From Mustelus asterias (taxonomy: Eukaryota), in assembly GCF_964213995.1 (NCBI RefSeq), contig NC_135805.1:81654001-81718000 (forward strand): a stretch of 64,000 nt of DNA, written 5' to 3'. This document shows positions 25,791 to 37,884 of this stretch, one piece after another. Every line of letters starts with the position of its first letter. Within the stretch, counting starts at the first letter, position 1. The notes beneath the pieces were generated by a model. That model did no database searches and was not told the origin of the DNA. It saw only the letters and a program-made list of their open reading frames with translations. A program made the position numbers and the translations under genes.

Positions 25791-26888
25791 GGGTCCGATT
25801 TTACCATTTTGATTCTAAGTGCCGAATCTGGGCGCAATTCAGATCCGACTTGCCCCCATACGCACTTAGCCTGAAAAAAAAATCGCGGGGCTTATTGCAC
25901 CCGAAATGCTGCAGCTCCGATTGGAGCTTTGATCTGCGCATGTGCGGTGAAAAAAAATAGAAAAGCGCGCCCCTGTCACATCGCTCCCGGGCTGCAAAAA
26001 GCGGATAATGGGGCCCGGAAGCAAAAGGCGGGAGCGATGGCCCCCACAGATATCGCCCCACCCCCACAACATAACTGTCTCCCTTATCCACCCACCCCCC
26101 CCCGCTACCCAGACCGATTATGACCCTCTGCCCCCCCTTCTCCCTCCACCGACCGCCCACAGAGTGGCAGCGGGCCCCCCCTCCACCCCCCCCCCCACCC
26201 CCCCCCCTCCATCCCCACCAGAGAACGATCTGGCCTCCGCCCGCCCCCTTACCAGAGAGCGATATGGCCTCTCTTTCCCACCCCCCCACCAAAGAATGAT
26301 CTGGCTTCCCTTCTCCCTCCCCCCCACCAAAGAATGATCTGGCCTCCCTCCTCCTGCCTCCTCCTCCCCCCACCAGAGAATGATTGGGCCTCCCTCCTCC
26401 CCTACCACCCAACCAGAGATACATCTGACCCGCCTCCCTCCCCCCCCCACCAGAGAACGATAGGACCTCCTTCTTCCCCCCCCCCCTTCACCCTCACCAG
26501 AGAATGATCTGCCCCCCCCCCCCAACCACCGATCTAAGTCAGAGAGCCATTGAAAGCTCTGAACTTACCTCTTCAGAAGCTGAAGCGCCCGAAACAGACC
26601 TTTGCCGAGCGTGTCTGTTTCGCGCCCAATCTGGACACGCGAACGCGATGGTAAAGGGGGAAATGCTGTTAAAGTTGGACGGGCAGCCCATTAATTCAAT
26701 TTAAATGCATGCAAATGCATTTAAATCGCCGTTACGCCCATTTTGGGCACAGTTCAGATCGCGGCTATTTTTGGGCCTTGGTAAAGTGGGCATCTGCGTG
26801 GACGTGGATCGTGCTAATCGCCTCATGCCCGACTTTACCAAGTTTTCACGCCTGAAAAAGGGCACGACGCAATGGTAAAATCGGACTC
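25791..26888. mobile_element. CpG-rich non-autonomous DNA transposon with 18-bp TIRs
   Basis: GGGTCCGATTTTACCATT at 25791; AATGGTAAAATCGGACTC ending at 26888 (17/18 match). No coding capacity. Confidence 0.8.
26140..26530 (+). repeat. C-rich minisatellite, about 35-40 bp unit (CCCCCACCAGAGAATGATCTGGCCTCCCTCCT)
   Basis: About 9 imperfect copies of ACCAGAGAA(C/T)GAT separated by C runs. Confidence 0.8.
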
Positions 26889-27422
26889 AGTGTCAGAAAC
26901 ATTGAAGCAAATTGCATATCTTACATTCGGGAGAATGTATGTGGCATATGAGAACGTAAAAAGAAAATACATTTTGTTGCTAAATGGTAGGAGGAAATAA
27001 AATACATATACATGTCTATATATAAACCCCACAAAAAGGGTTAAGCCAATGAGTGCTAAATCGTTTTCTAAATGTATAATATATTTCCTCGACTCTCCTT
27101 TCGGATGACATTGTGGCTGGAAGTGGAGAGGGACTTCTGTCTGCCAGTCTGACTCCTTTATGACTCTGATCCATTTTCCTGCCTGAGGACGATGACAATA
27201 GCAAGTTAGATTCTTCCTGACTGCTACTCGACATCTCAACATTACTTCTCTGCCATCAATACAAGAAGGCATTTTGGAATATTTCCATGATCTTGTGCTC
27301 CCAACATGGAGCAATGCTCAGAGGGAGCATCAGTTTGCAAAATCACCCCTCTGGTACAAAAGTACAGATCAAAACCAGAGATTTCAAGCTTTTGAATTCC
27401 ATCAAAGAGGCCACCAAGGACG

Positions 27423-27673
27423 TGTGGTGAACCACTGTTACTACATGTATGTGCCTGGACACACCCGTGCTGCACCTGGCCCAAGATCCCTCCCTTTCCA
27501 CCTGAGACTCCTCCCTTTCCACCCAGAGTGGGGTATAAAGGTGATGGTCCCTCCTCCTTCCCTCAGTTCAGACCAGGTCAGCTACAAGAGTGTGCTCCTG
27601 TTCTCTGTGAATAAAAGCCTATTAGTTTTCCCTCACTCTCAGAAGTCTTCGCGTCGTAATTGATAGTGCATCA
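27423..27673 (+). repeat. 5' LTR
   Basis: TGTGGTG...GCATCA; TATAAAG at about 27534 and AATAAA at 27610. I count 9 substitutions against the 3' LTR. Confidence 0.95.
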
Positions 27674-27702
27674 ATTTTATCCACAGAGAAAAAAAAAACA
27701 GA

Positions 27703-28781
27703 ATGGAGCAGCTTTTAAAGCCTACACTCTAAATTTGGATCCGTAAGCGCTGGGGGCAGCCAACGGCTTTAATCACTGGCTGAAGTGCTTCGAAGCCTTC
27801 CTCGGAGCCTCCACGATCGTCCGGTCCGATGCAGACAAGCTGCACGTGCTCAACGCCCGGGTAAGCGACGCAGTTTTCACCACCATCTGTGACGCAGAAA
27901 CGTACGCTGATGCGCTAGCGCTCTTAAAGAGCCAATACAGCCAACAGACGAATGAAGTCTACACCAGGCATCTGCTAGCTACACGTAAACAGCGGCCGGG
28001 CGAATCAAATGCACAGTTCCTCCGCGAACTACGTGCGCTCGGCAGGGCCTGTAACTGCAAGGCCGTATCCGCTGCGCAGTATACAGAGGACATGATCCGC
28101 GATGCCTACGTTACGGGCATCGCATCCAACTACATTCGACAGTGCCTGCTAGAACAAGGTGGGCTAGATCTTCCAAAAACTGTAGCGCACGTTGAATCCC
28201 TCGAAGTAGCATCACGTAACCTCGAGGCTTACACGCCCGACCACGCGACATCGTGGGCCTCACAGCCAATATCATCCCAGTACCTAGGAGGGCCTCCGAC
28301 TTATGCCACACAACGCCCCACCAGTGACTCAACGGCCGCGGCTGCGGCAGCCCCAAAGTGTTACTTTTGCGTCCTAGCGAAACACCCCCGACAACGCTGC
28401 CCGGCAAGGGAGGCGTTCTGCTCAGGGTGTGGAAAGAAAGGCCACTACGCGAAAGTCTGCAGGGCGAAGTCGAAATCGAATAGCGCAGCATGCGACCCAA
28501 GGGAAAAGAAAACACGATCGCCATCAGCCGCGTGGGAGTCAAGGGGGCCGCCATCTTGGACACCAGCGACCATGTGTGAGCCCGGGGAGCTGCCATTTTG
28601 GACGCCGTCGGCCCCGTGGGAGTCAAGGGGGCCGCCATCTTGGACGCAGCCGACCGCATGCGAGACAGGGGAGCTGCCATCTTGGACGCCGGCTGATGAC
28701 TCTTCGGGATCTATGGTGGCAGCGATCCAGCTGGGCCAGTCTCGTCCACATCAGCTCGCCAGGTCTATGATGGACATATAG
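27703..28781 (+). pseudogene. Gypsy gag (frameshifted near the start)
   Basis: ATG at 27703; KQRPGES; zinc knuckles CYFC...H....C and CSGCGKKGHYAKVC. Confidence 0.85.
28520..28695 (+). repeat. 42-bp tandem repeat (84-bp dimer x2) at the end of gag
   Basis: GC(C/T)GCCAT(C/T)TTGGAC starting at 28547, 28589, 28631 and 28673. Confidence 0.85.
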
Positions 28782-31356
28782 GTAAACGGCCGTGAGGGAA
28801 ATTTTTTGTTTGACAGCGGGAGTACGGAGAGCTTTATCCACCCCGATACTGTGCATCGCTACGCCCTTTCGGTACGGCCAGTCAAACAAACCCTTTTACT
28901 TGGCCTCAAAGTCCCGCTCCGTGGATGTCATTGGGTACTGTGTGGTGACTCTTACCGTTTGGGGTACCGATTACGCAAATTTTAAGCTCCTGGTGCTCCC
29001 ACACCTCTGCGCTCCCGTACTCTTAGGCCTCGATTTCAAGACACATCTTAAGAGCGTCACGCTACAGTACAACGGGCCCCTTTCCCTGATCTCGGTCTGC
29101 AACCCTCAGTTCCTGGACTACCCATTGCGCACCACCTGTGGTCTTTCGACCCTCCAAGTCACCCCTCCATCGCTATTCGAACACGTCACCCCCGATTGTA
29201 AGCCCATTGCCACTAAGAACAGATGGTACAGTGCGGGGGACGGGACCTTCATTAGGTCCGAGGTCCAGCGGCTCCTGACGGAAGGGATCATTGAGGCGAG
29301 CACCAGCCCCTGGAGAGCGCAGGTGGTAGTGGTCAAAACTGGAGAGAAACACCGGACGGTCATCGATTATAGTCAGACCATCAACCGGTACACGCAGCTG
29401 GATGCGTATCCCCTTCCGCACATATCCGACATGGTCAATCGGATTGCGCAATATAGGGTGTTCTCCATGATCGACCTCAAATCGGCCTACCACTAGCTCC
29501 CCATCCGCCCGGAGGACCGCAAATATACAGGTTTCGAGGCAGATGGCCGCCTCTACCATTTTCTTAGGGTTCCCTTCGGCGTCACCAACGGGGTCTCGGT
29601 CTTCCAGTGTGAAATGGACTGAATGGTGGACCAGAACGGGCTGCGGGCTACGTTTCCGTACCTGGATAACATCACCATCTGCGGCCATGATCAGCAGGAC
29701 CATGATGCCAACCTTAATAAATTCCTCCGTACGGCCGCTCTCCTAAATCTGACCTACAATAAGGAGAAGTGTGTCTTCCGCACTCACCACCTCGCCATCC
29801 TGGGATATGTGGTGGAAAATGGGGTCATCGGCCCCGATCCCGACCGCATGCGCCCCCTTATGGAACTCCCCCTCCCAACCACGCTTAAAGCACTGAGGAG
29901 ATGCCTGGGCTTCTTCTCATACTACGCCCAGTGGGTCCCTAATTACGCGGATAAGGCCCATCTGCTTATCAAATCCACCCTTTTTCCCCTGTCGGGAGAG
30001 GCCCGCTCGGCCTTCAACCGCATCAAGGCGGACATCGCAAAGGCCACGATGCATGCTGTGGACAAGTCAATCCCCTTTCAAGTGGAGAGTGATGCGTCTG
30101 ACTTCGCCCTGGCCGCCACCCTCAACCAGGCAGGCAGACCCGTAGCCTTCTTCTCACGAACCCTTCAGGGCTCGGAAATCCGACACTCCTCAGTCAAGAA
30201 GGAGGCTCAGGCCATCGTCGAAGCAGTGCGACACTGGCGCCACTACCTAGCTGGCCGACGGTTCACCTTGCTCACGGACCAACGTTCAGTGGCTTTCATG
30301 TTCAACAACGCGCAGAGGGGCAAGATTAAGAATGATAAGATACTGAGGTGGAGGATTGAGCTCTCCACCTACAATTATGATATCTTATACCGACCCGGGA
30401 AGCTCAATGAGCCTCCAGACGCCCTGTCTCGCGGAACATGTGCTAGCGCGCAGGTGAACCAACTACGGATTCTCCACAATGACCTCTGTCACCCGGGGGT
30501 CACCAGGGTCTATCATTTTATTAAAGCCTGTAATCTGCCCTATTCTGTTGAGGATGTCCGGTCTATAACCAGACACTGTCCGGTCTGCGCAGAATGTAAG
30601 TCGCACTTCTATTGGCCGGATCGGGCACACCTCATAAAAGCCACCCGCCCTTTTGAACGCCTCAGCGTCGATTTCAAAGGGCCCCTTCCTTCTTCTGACC
30701 GCAACATCTATTTCCTCAACGTGCTAGATGAGTACTCCCGATTCCCCTTTGCCATCCCCTGCTCGGACATGACCTCAACCACGGTCGTCAAGGCCCTGCA
30801 CGGCCTCTTCACCCTGTTCGGGTACCCCAACTATATCCACAGCGACCGGGGATCCTCATTCGTGAGCGATGAGCTGCGTCAGTACCTGCTCTCCAAGGGC
30901 ATAGCCTCAAGTAGGACTACCAGCTACAACCCCAGGGGTAACGGACAGGTGGAGAGGGAGAACGCGACAGTCTGGAAGGCCGTTCTTCTAGCGCTACAGT
31001 CTAAAGGCCTTCCAGTCTCCCGCTGGCAAGAGGTACTCCCCGATGCACTACACTCAATCCGGTCCCTCCTCTGCACAGCCACCAACGCCACCCCCCATGA
31101 GCGGATGTTTGCTTTCTCGAGGAAGTCCTCCTCGGGAATCGCACTACCGTCGTGGCTGGCGTACCCAGGCCCAGTTCTGCTCCGGAGGCATGTACGACCC
31201 CATAAGTCGGATCCCCTAGTTGAAAAAGTCCAGCTCCTCCATGCCAACCCCCAATATGCCTATGTGGCATACCACGATGGGCGGGAGGACACGGTCTCTA
31301 TCCGGGACCTGGCGCCTCCGGGTGCCCCGGAGCCCACGATGACCCCACACCCCTAA
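28782..31356 (+). pseudogene. Gypsy pol (protease, RT, RNase H, integrase) with frameshift and premature stops
   Basis: FDSGST protease; SPW/IDY/DLKSAYH and YLDN in RT; ESDASD RNase H; HHCC and DFKGP/SDRG/GQVER integrase. In-frame stops at 29494 (TAG) and 29620 (TGA). Confidence 0.92.
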
Positions 31357-31667
31357 ATCCCTCTGTTCAGGTAGCACCAGGTCCACTTACATCTTTGCCT
31401 ATTGTACGCAGCTCGCCTGAGCCCCCGGAGTCACCACGCAGGACCAGACCAGAAGGGACGACGGCGGATTCGAGCAGCTCCACCCTGCCATCGGAAGCAA
31501 CCCCCAACTGGTACTGCGGCGGTTTCAATGACTAGTCAAGCCGCCCGACAGGCTGAACCTGTGAAGGGACGACACCTCACCTCAGCTTGTGACTTTTCTA
31601 TGTATATATACTCCTGTACATATGGTTCCACCCACTCCACCGGACTCTTTTTTAAAGGAGGGGTGAA

Positions 31668-31918
31668 TGTGGTGAACCACTGTTACTACATGTATGTGCC
31701 TGGACACACCCATGCTGCACCTGGCCCGAGACTCCTCCCTTTCCACCTGAGACCCCTCCCTTTCCACCCAGAGTGGGGTATAAAGGTGATGGTCCCTCCT
31801 CCTTGCCTCAGTTCAGACCAGGTCAGCTACAAGGGTGTGCCCCTGTTCTCTGTGAATAAAAGCCTATTAGTTTTCCCTCACTCTCAGAAGTCTTTGCGTC
31901 GTAATTGATAGTGCATCA
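31668..31918 (+). repeat. 3' LTR
   Basis: Direct repeat of 27423-27673, preceded by the polypurine tract. Confidence 0.95.
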
Positions 31919-33009
31919 GGACGTTATTGCCGATAAGAGCAAAGAGAATATAGGGAGAATGGAAACAAAGGCAAGTGCAAATGTCTCCCCTTCTTATCCC
32001 CTACTTACACAATCACAAAACCATTGCACTTGGCATTTTGTAACCTAGACTCTTTTTGGAGGTGTCTTGGAGCCACAATTCTAACACATTCCATTTTTAT
32101 AATTATGAGCTGGAAAAACAACCAGTCATCACTGGCTGTGGCCCAGAACGAGTCAGCATCCAATAGCATATTGCTGACTAACATTTCCAAGCCCCAGCAC
32201 AACTACATGTATCTCAAAGGATGCAGTTAGTGGACTTGAGGAGGTAACATTGAGCAAGTCAGAATGTATATATTAGAATGGAGAAGCAAGTGCTCATGGT
32301 AGAGGAGCAGCAGGATACTGTTGCTCAGATGCCCATATAAATGTTATGAATGGCTTCCTGTATTTTGGAAATTCAGTGAAGTGAATTTGTACAAATGTAT
32401 CAAACTTGCACTGCAATTCAATGGAAAATGAATTGCAAAAATTGCCATGCTTAACAATGCTTCAGTCACTTGTTTGGTACATATATGTAGGAAGCAAATT
32501 GGTTGATACTGCGGATATCCCCACATTAGTTAGGAAAAGAACGGAAGCACAACAGTAGAGGAAGGATGAACCTTGGCTACCACTGGCAGTGGCATCTCTA
32601 TTTTTAATTTGCACTGACCCAAGAAAAGGACAGTGATGAAAGACAGCAAAAAAAGGAAAAGAAAACAGAAGAACAGACCGAAAATGATTAAAATTTGTTT
32701 GTCCCTGTTACACGGAGCTTATTTTTGGCACCACATTTAAATCTGTGCATGCGACCTTGGCTAGGACTTGCACCAGTAGATTAGGAAACAAAAACATTTG
32801 CTGGAGATCTTTGTCTCAGTCCAGTCTGAATGCACACTGTTCAAAAGAAGACCATGTGGATGTAACAGCAAATCACAGAATCAGCGCTGGAGGGGTTTCT
32901 CAAAGCTGATCAGGCGAGATTGCTGTATGGCCAATTTCATGGATTTATTAATTTCACCGGTGGAATTATATTGCTCGTGGGATATTATAACCTTTGGGGT
33001 AGATTTTAT

Positions 33010-33132
33010 GGGTGGGATTTTATGGCCTCGCTTGTCCTGAAACCGTAAAATCCTGCCCGAGGTCAGTGGACCTTTCCATGGTCCACCCCCCGCTCCGATT
33101 CCTGTGGCAGGCGGGACGGTAAAATTGCAGCC
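33010..33132. mobile_element. Short MITE
   Basis: GGGTGGGATTTTA...TAAAATTGCAGCC with TAT on both flanks; a related reverse copy lies at about 55285-55387. Confidence 0.55.
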
Positions 33133-33189
33133 TATGAATTTGTGCTCCCATTGTGGAACATTACTTTCGAGGAGCTCATATTGAAAATT

Positions 33190-35200
33190 CTGTGATTTGG
33201 TGGAAAGTATGCCAACCTGCCAGTGCCACAACAAATGATCCTTGCCTTAAATTTCTTTGACACCATACCTACGTCATCGCAACAGATCAAATACTGGACT
33301 CAGAGGGATCCAATATTGTCCAGAGTTAAGCATATGGTTCTTCATGACTGGTGTTATGATAGAATAAACAATGAAAACATTATTGTGATAACCCCCATGA
33401 GGTCCATGGGGAATCATTGATTGATCTCCTTGTGGGGCTTGTTGAGTATGAGTTCCCCTAGTAACAGGCCTGCTGAACTGTAATTCCAGGCAGAGACTAG
33501 CATGTATACGCCACGGTAGTGGTTTTACTTTGCATTCTATAAAAAGTTATGTTCCTTTCTCGTCATGCTTCCTAAGTCATTCACTTATCAAACAAAGATG
33601 GTGTCCTTCTATGGGGAGCGAGGGTGGTTGTTCCCATGCCTGGCAAGAAGTTATTATTGGAGGAACTGCACAGCATGCACGCAGGAATGTCCGAGATGAA
33701 AATGTTGGCTTACAGCTATGCGTGGTGACCTGGGTTAAACATAGACATAGAAAGCATGGTTAAACACTGTGACCAATTCCAGGTACAACCAAAGTTACCA
33801 TCAGCAACCCCAATGCACCCTTGTGAGGAGCCAGGTCGTCTGTGGGTGAGACTCTACGTTGATTTTGTAGACCCATTCTTGGGCACAATGTTCCTATTTA
33901 TAGTGGTCACGCATTCAAAATGGCTACACATCTATGAAATGAAATCCATGACCTCTTTTGCAACAGTGGAAAAGTTTAGGCAAACCTTTGCCACCCATGG
34001 TTTGCCAGAATTGTTGGTTTCGGACAATGGGACGGCATTCACCAGCAAGAAGTTCCAGCATTTCATGTCGTCAACTGGCATTAAGCATATACATATTGTG
34101 CCGTGCCACCCCTCCTCGAATGACTAGCTGAGAGGGCTGTGTAAACCTTTAAATCAGCCATGAAAAAGCAACCACCAGCATTCCTATAGACCAGATTAGC
34201 ACATTTTTTTGTTACCTATAGAACAATGCCCCACATGACCACCAGAGTAATTCCTGCTGAGTTGCTGCTGGGTAGGCATATTCAAACCAGATTGAACCTG
34301 GAGTTTCCAATTTTGACGGGGAGGGTGGAAGCAAAGCAGAGTGTGTAAAGTATACATCATGATTCAACAGATCCTGAGAGAACATTCAAAGTGGATGATC
34401 TAATATATGCTAAACATTTTGGGACTGGTCACAGTTGAGTCCCATGGGTTAAGTTTAAGTTTATTTATTAGTGTCACAAATAGACTTACATTAACACTGC
34501 AATGAAGTTACTGTGAAAATCTCCTAGTCACCTCACTCCAGCGCCTGTTCGGGTACATTGAGGGAGAATTTAGCATGCGCAATGCACCTAACCAGCACAT
34601 CTTTGGACTGTGGGAGGAAACCAGAGTACCCAGATGAAACCCACGCAGACAGTGGGAGAACATGCAGACTCCGCACAGACAGTGACCCAAGCCGGGAATC
34701 AAACCTGGGTCCCTGGCACTGTGAGGCAGCAGTGCTAACCACAGTCGTGGCCAGGATGGGTTCAGCATTGAATGAAGTTGAAATTCAAGGTAAATTATTG
34801 AAGAAGCATCCCGATCACTTGATAAGAAAGGACTCACCTGGAGAACCAGTGGGGCAGTCCGCTCAGAATGTGCCCACCAGTGATGTTGTTGTGGTTGAAA
34901 GCAGTATGGAAATGAGACAGCCTGAGGAAGGGTTGTGTAGAGTTCCTGTGAGAACTGGAGAAGTGATCTGCACTGATGCACCTTTGGAAGTCGGAAGTCC
35001 AATTTCTGAAAGTCAATTTACCCCTGTTATTGTGAGACCTCCTGTTCAGTTGTGTCGCTCCCAGAGGGAGAGGAAATCCCCTGACAGAGTGACTTTATTA
35101 TGGACTATGCTAAATAATTAATTTATGGTGTTATATTGTAAATAGTTGAACATTTGTTGGAATGTGTTAATAAGAAAATTAAAGGGGAAGGGATGTAATA
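33190..35200 (+). mobile_element. Decayed Gypsy integrase region with polypurine tract and start of the 3' LTR
   Basis: WTQRDPIL; WVRLYVDF..PFLG.MFL..V..HSKW; HGLPELLVSDNGTAF; PCHPSSN; AAAGGGGAAGGGA followed by TGTAA at about 35181-35198. Confidence 0.8.
34450..34745 (-). mobile_element. V-SINE with non-CR1 tail
   Basis: Same tRNA head and V core as 12698-13046, but the tail is TTCACAGTAAC...TGTGACACTAATAAATAAACTTAAACTT. Confidence 0.82.
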
Positions 35201-35202
35201 GT

Positions 35203-35496
35203 GAGACAAAGAACAAAGAAAATTACAGCACTGGAACAGGCCCTTCAGCCCTCCAAGCCTGCACCGACCATGCTGCCCGACTGAACTAAAACCCCCTACC
35301 CTTCCGGGAACCATATCCCTCTATTCCCATCCTATTCATGTATTTGTCAAGACGCCCCTTAAAAGTCACTACCGTATCTGCTTCCACTACCTCCCCCGGC
35401 AACGAGTTCCAGGCACCCACTACTCTCTGTGTAAAAAATCTGCCTCGTACATCTCCTTTAAACCTTGCCCCTCGCACCTTAAACCTGTGCCCCCAA
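35203..35496 (-). mobile_element. CR1 3' fragment
   Basis: GHRFKVRGARFKGDVRGRFFTQRVVGAWN; (TTCTTTG)n tail. Confidence 0.88.
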
Positions 35497-36229
35497 GTAA
35501 TTTTAAGGTGTACAGTAATTGTCCACAAGATATTATACTTTGTGTGGTATCTATGTCAAGCCCAATCCTACCCTTACCCAATATCCACAAGCACTCATTT
35601 TCCAGCAGGTTTCACTTGCTAGTATTTAGCAGCAGAAACACAGCATACCATTTCCCCTCCCAAGCCACATTTGTTGCTTCAGTTGTGATCAGCTACCTTG
35701 GGATTGTGAAAGTAATTTTAATAGAGACCCGTTATGAGCATGTAGGGTGCTTTTATAATCCTCAAGAATATAAATTTAAAGTCCCACGTGAGTATTCTTA
35801 ATTTCAAACTCCAATTTGAACCCATCATTTGCGAGTCATAATACTGAAGGAACTTTTTTTATCTCTGTAACGCAAAATAAGCATTATAAAACATAATAGT
35901 GTGTAACTTTTGCAAGATTAATGAATGGAACATGATGGTGGAGCGTGTTCAAATTCTCAATATGCGCTGCTGCTGGATGAAGACCCACTTTAGAAGTGCA
36001 AAATTACCTGATATACATGTTCAAATTCATCATCAACCACCATATTGAAGTAAAATCTTGTCAGATTGTTTTTAGTCCTAAACATAATGCTTTTCCGCAG
36101 CAGTGAGATAGAATGTGGAAGCTGGAAAAAGTAATTACCTCTGGTTTCTAGCTGGAAGGACCAGGCTTATAATGTAACATTGAAAATAGTTCACACAAAC
36201 CTTGGAAGTGAATGGCTGCTGTCACCTGA

Positions 36230-36589
<360 letters not shown>

Positions 36590-37884
36590 TGAGGACAATG
36601 ACCTTTTTAACTGAGAAGTGTCTTACATTCACGACTGGTCATTTCATATCTTCTGCATTGTATTCTCTACAAAAATGATGTTTTTTTTACCTGCCTCATG
36701 GCCTGCCAGGTTGACTGCCAAGCTGGCATTGCCAGGGCAGGCCCTCAGGAGAGGCCCATGGGGAAGGTTCCGCTTATGTGTGGTGGGGGGGGGGGGTGCG
36801 CTCATGGATGCCGGTGAGTGGAGGGCAGAGGGGGGTGCCCTGCCCTGTCAGAGTGACGGCATAAACCATTCCCCCAGATTCTCTGTGCACTGAGTGCTAG
36901 AAAATCTGGAGTGAAAATGCCAATGTGCATCTGGAGAGATACACACCAGTTTACAGTCTAATTGTCATAGTCTCCTTCAATCTGAATCTGATATTCTGCC
37001 AGATTTTGGGAAAATCTTGCTGATGATTTTTCATTCCATAGGCTCTCTTTTCTAATATTGGGTCATTTCATTTGTCCTCTGATTTTTCCACATCATCCCT
37101 GACTACTTGGCTTCAGATATTCTGGTCAGCAGCAAAACTTCCCATGCATTTACTCTGATCCCGGTCAGCTTGAGATCTTGCAAATATGAGCGACTTGTTG
37201 GTGTCGTGCTGATAACAAGCTTGCCATACAACATTTCCATTTGGTGCACATAACCCAGCCATTAGAATCATCGCTGACTTGACAGCAAGCATGTTGGGGA
37301 TCCTTGGATACTTGTGGAATTCAATTTTTAGTACTCTGTTCTTGCCAGGAGATGCCCAGTATTCACTTGAAGCAGATGGAAGCTATTCAGCAACTTTCTT
37401 TGACTTGCATAAATTGTCCGTGCTTCAGTACTGTGAGGAAGGTTGCTGAGAACACAAACCTGGTACACCCCGAGATTTGTATTTCCAGTTAGTTTGCTAT
37501 TGGTCCACACTCATCTCCTCAACTTTGACATGACTGCTGTGACCTTGGCAATCTTGGTGCTGATTTCTGCATTAATGGACAGGTTTCTGTTAATTGTTGA
37601 TCCAAGAAGCTGACAACAACCTCCAGAGTGAGGTTGTTGATGGAAGGTGGAGTCACTACATCCTGGCCCATAACTTTAGTCTTCCTGACAATGATTGTCA
37701 GTCCAAGCTCCTTGTAGGCCCAGGGAAACTCATCTACAGACTGCTGCAGGTGAACTGCAGCATGGGATGCCAGCATTTCATCATTAGCAAACAGCAACTC
37801 ATAGAACATAGAACATAGAATAGTACAGCACAGAACAGGTCCTTCGGCCCACGATGTTGTGCCGAGCTTTATCTGAAACCAAGA

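Larger units (their letters stand above)
27423..31918 (+). mobile_element. Complete Ty3/Gypsy LTR retrotransposon, inactivated
   Basis: Two 251-bp TG..CA LTRs; TSD GGACG (27418-27422, 31919-31923); polypurine tract AAAGGAGGGGTGAA at 31654-31667; gag-PR-RT-RH-IN order. Confidence 0.97.

Noticed and set aside
25801-26525. Gly-rich and Pro-rich ORFs of 109-207 aa
   Set aside because: Translations of the C-rich minisatellite.
27274-27663. Similar ORFs at 27274-27663 and 31402-31908
   Set aside because: Read-through of the two LTR copies.
28111-28680. 189-aa antisense ORF with repeated SKMAAP
   Set aside because: Reverse reading of the 42-bp gag repeat; no independent evidence of coding.
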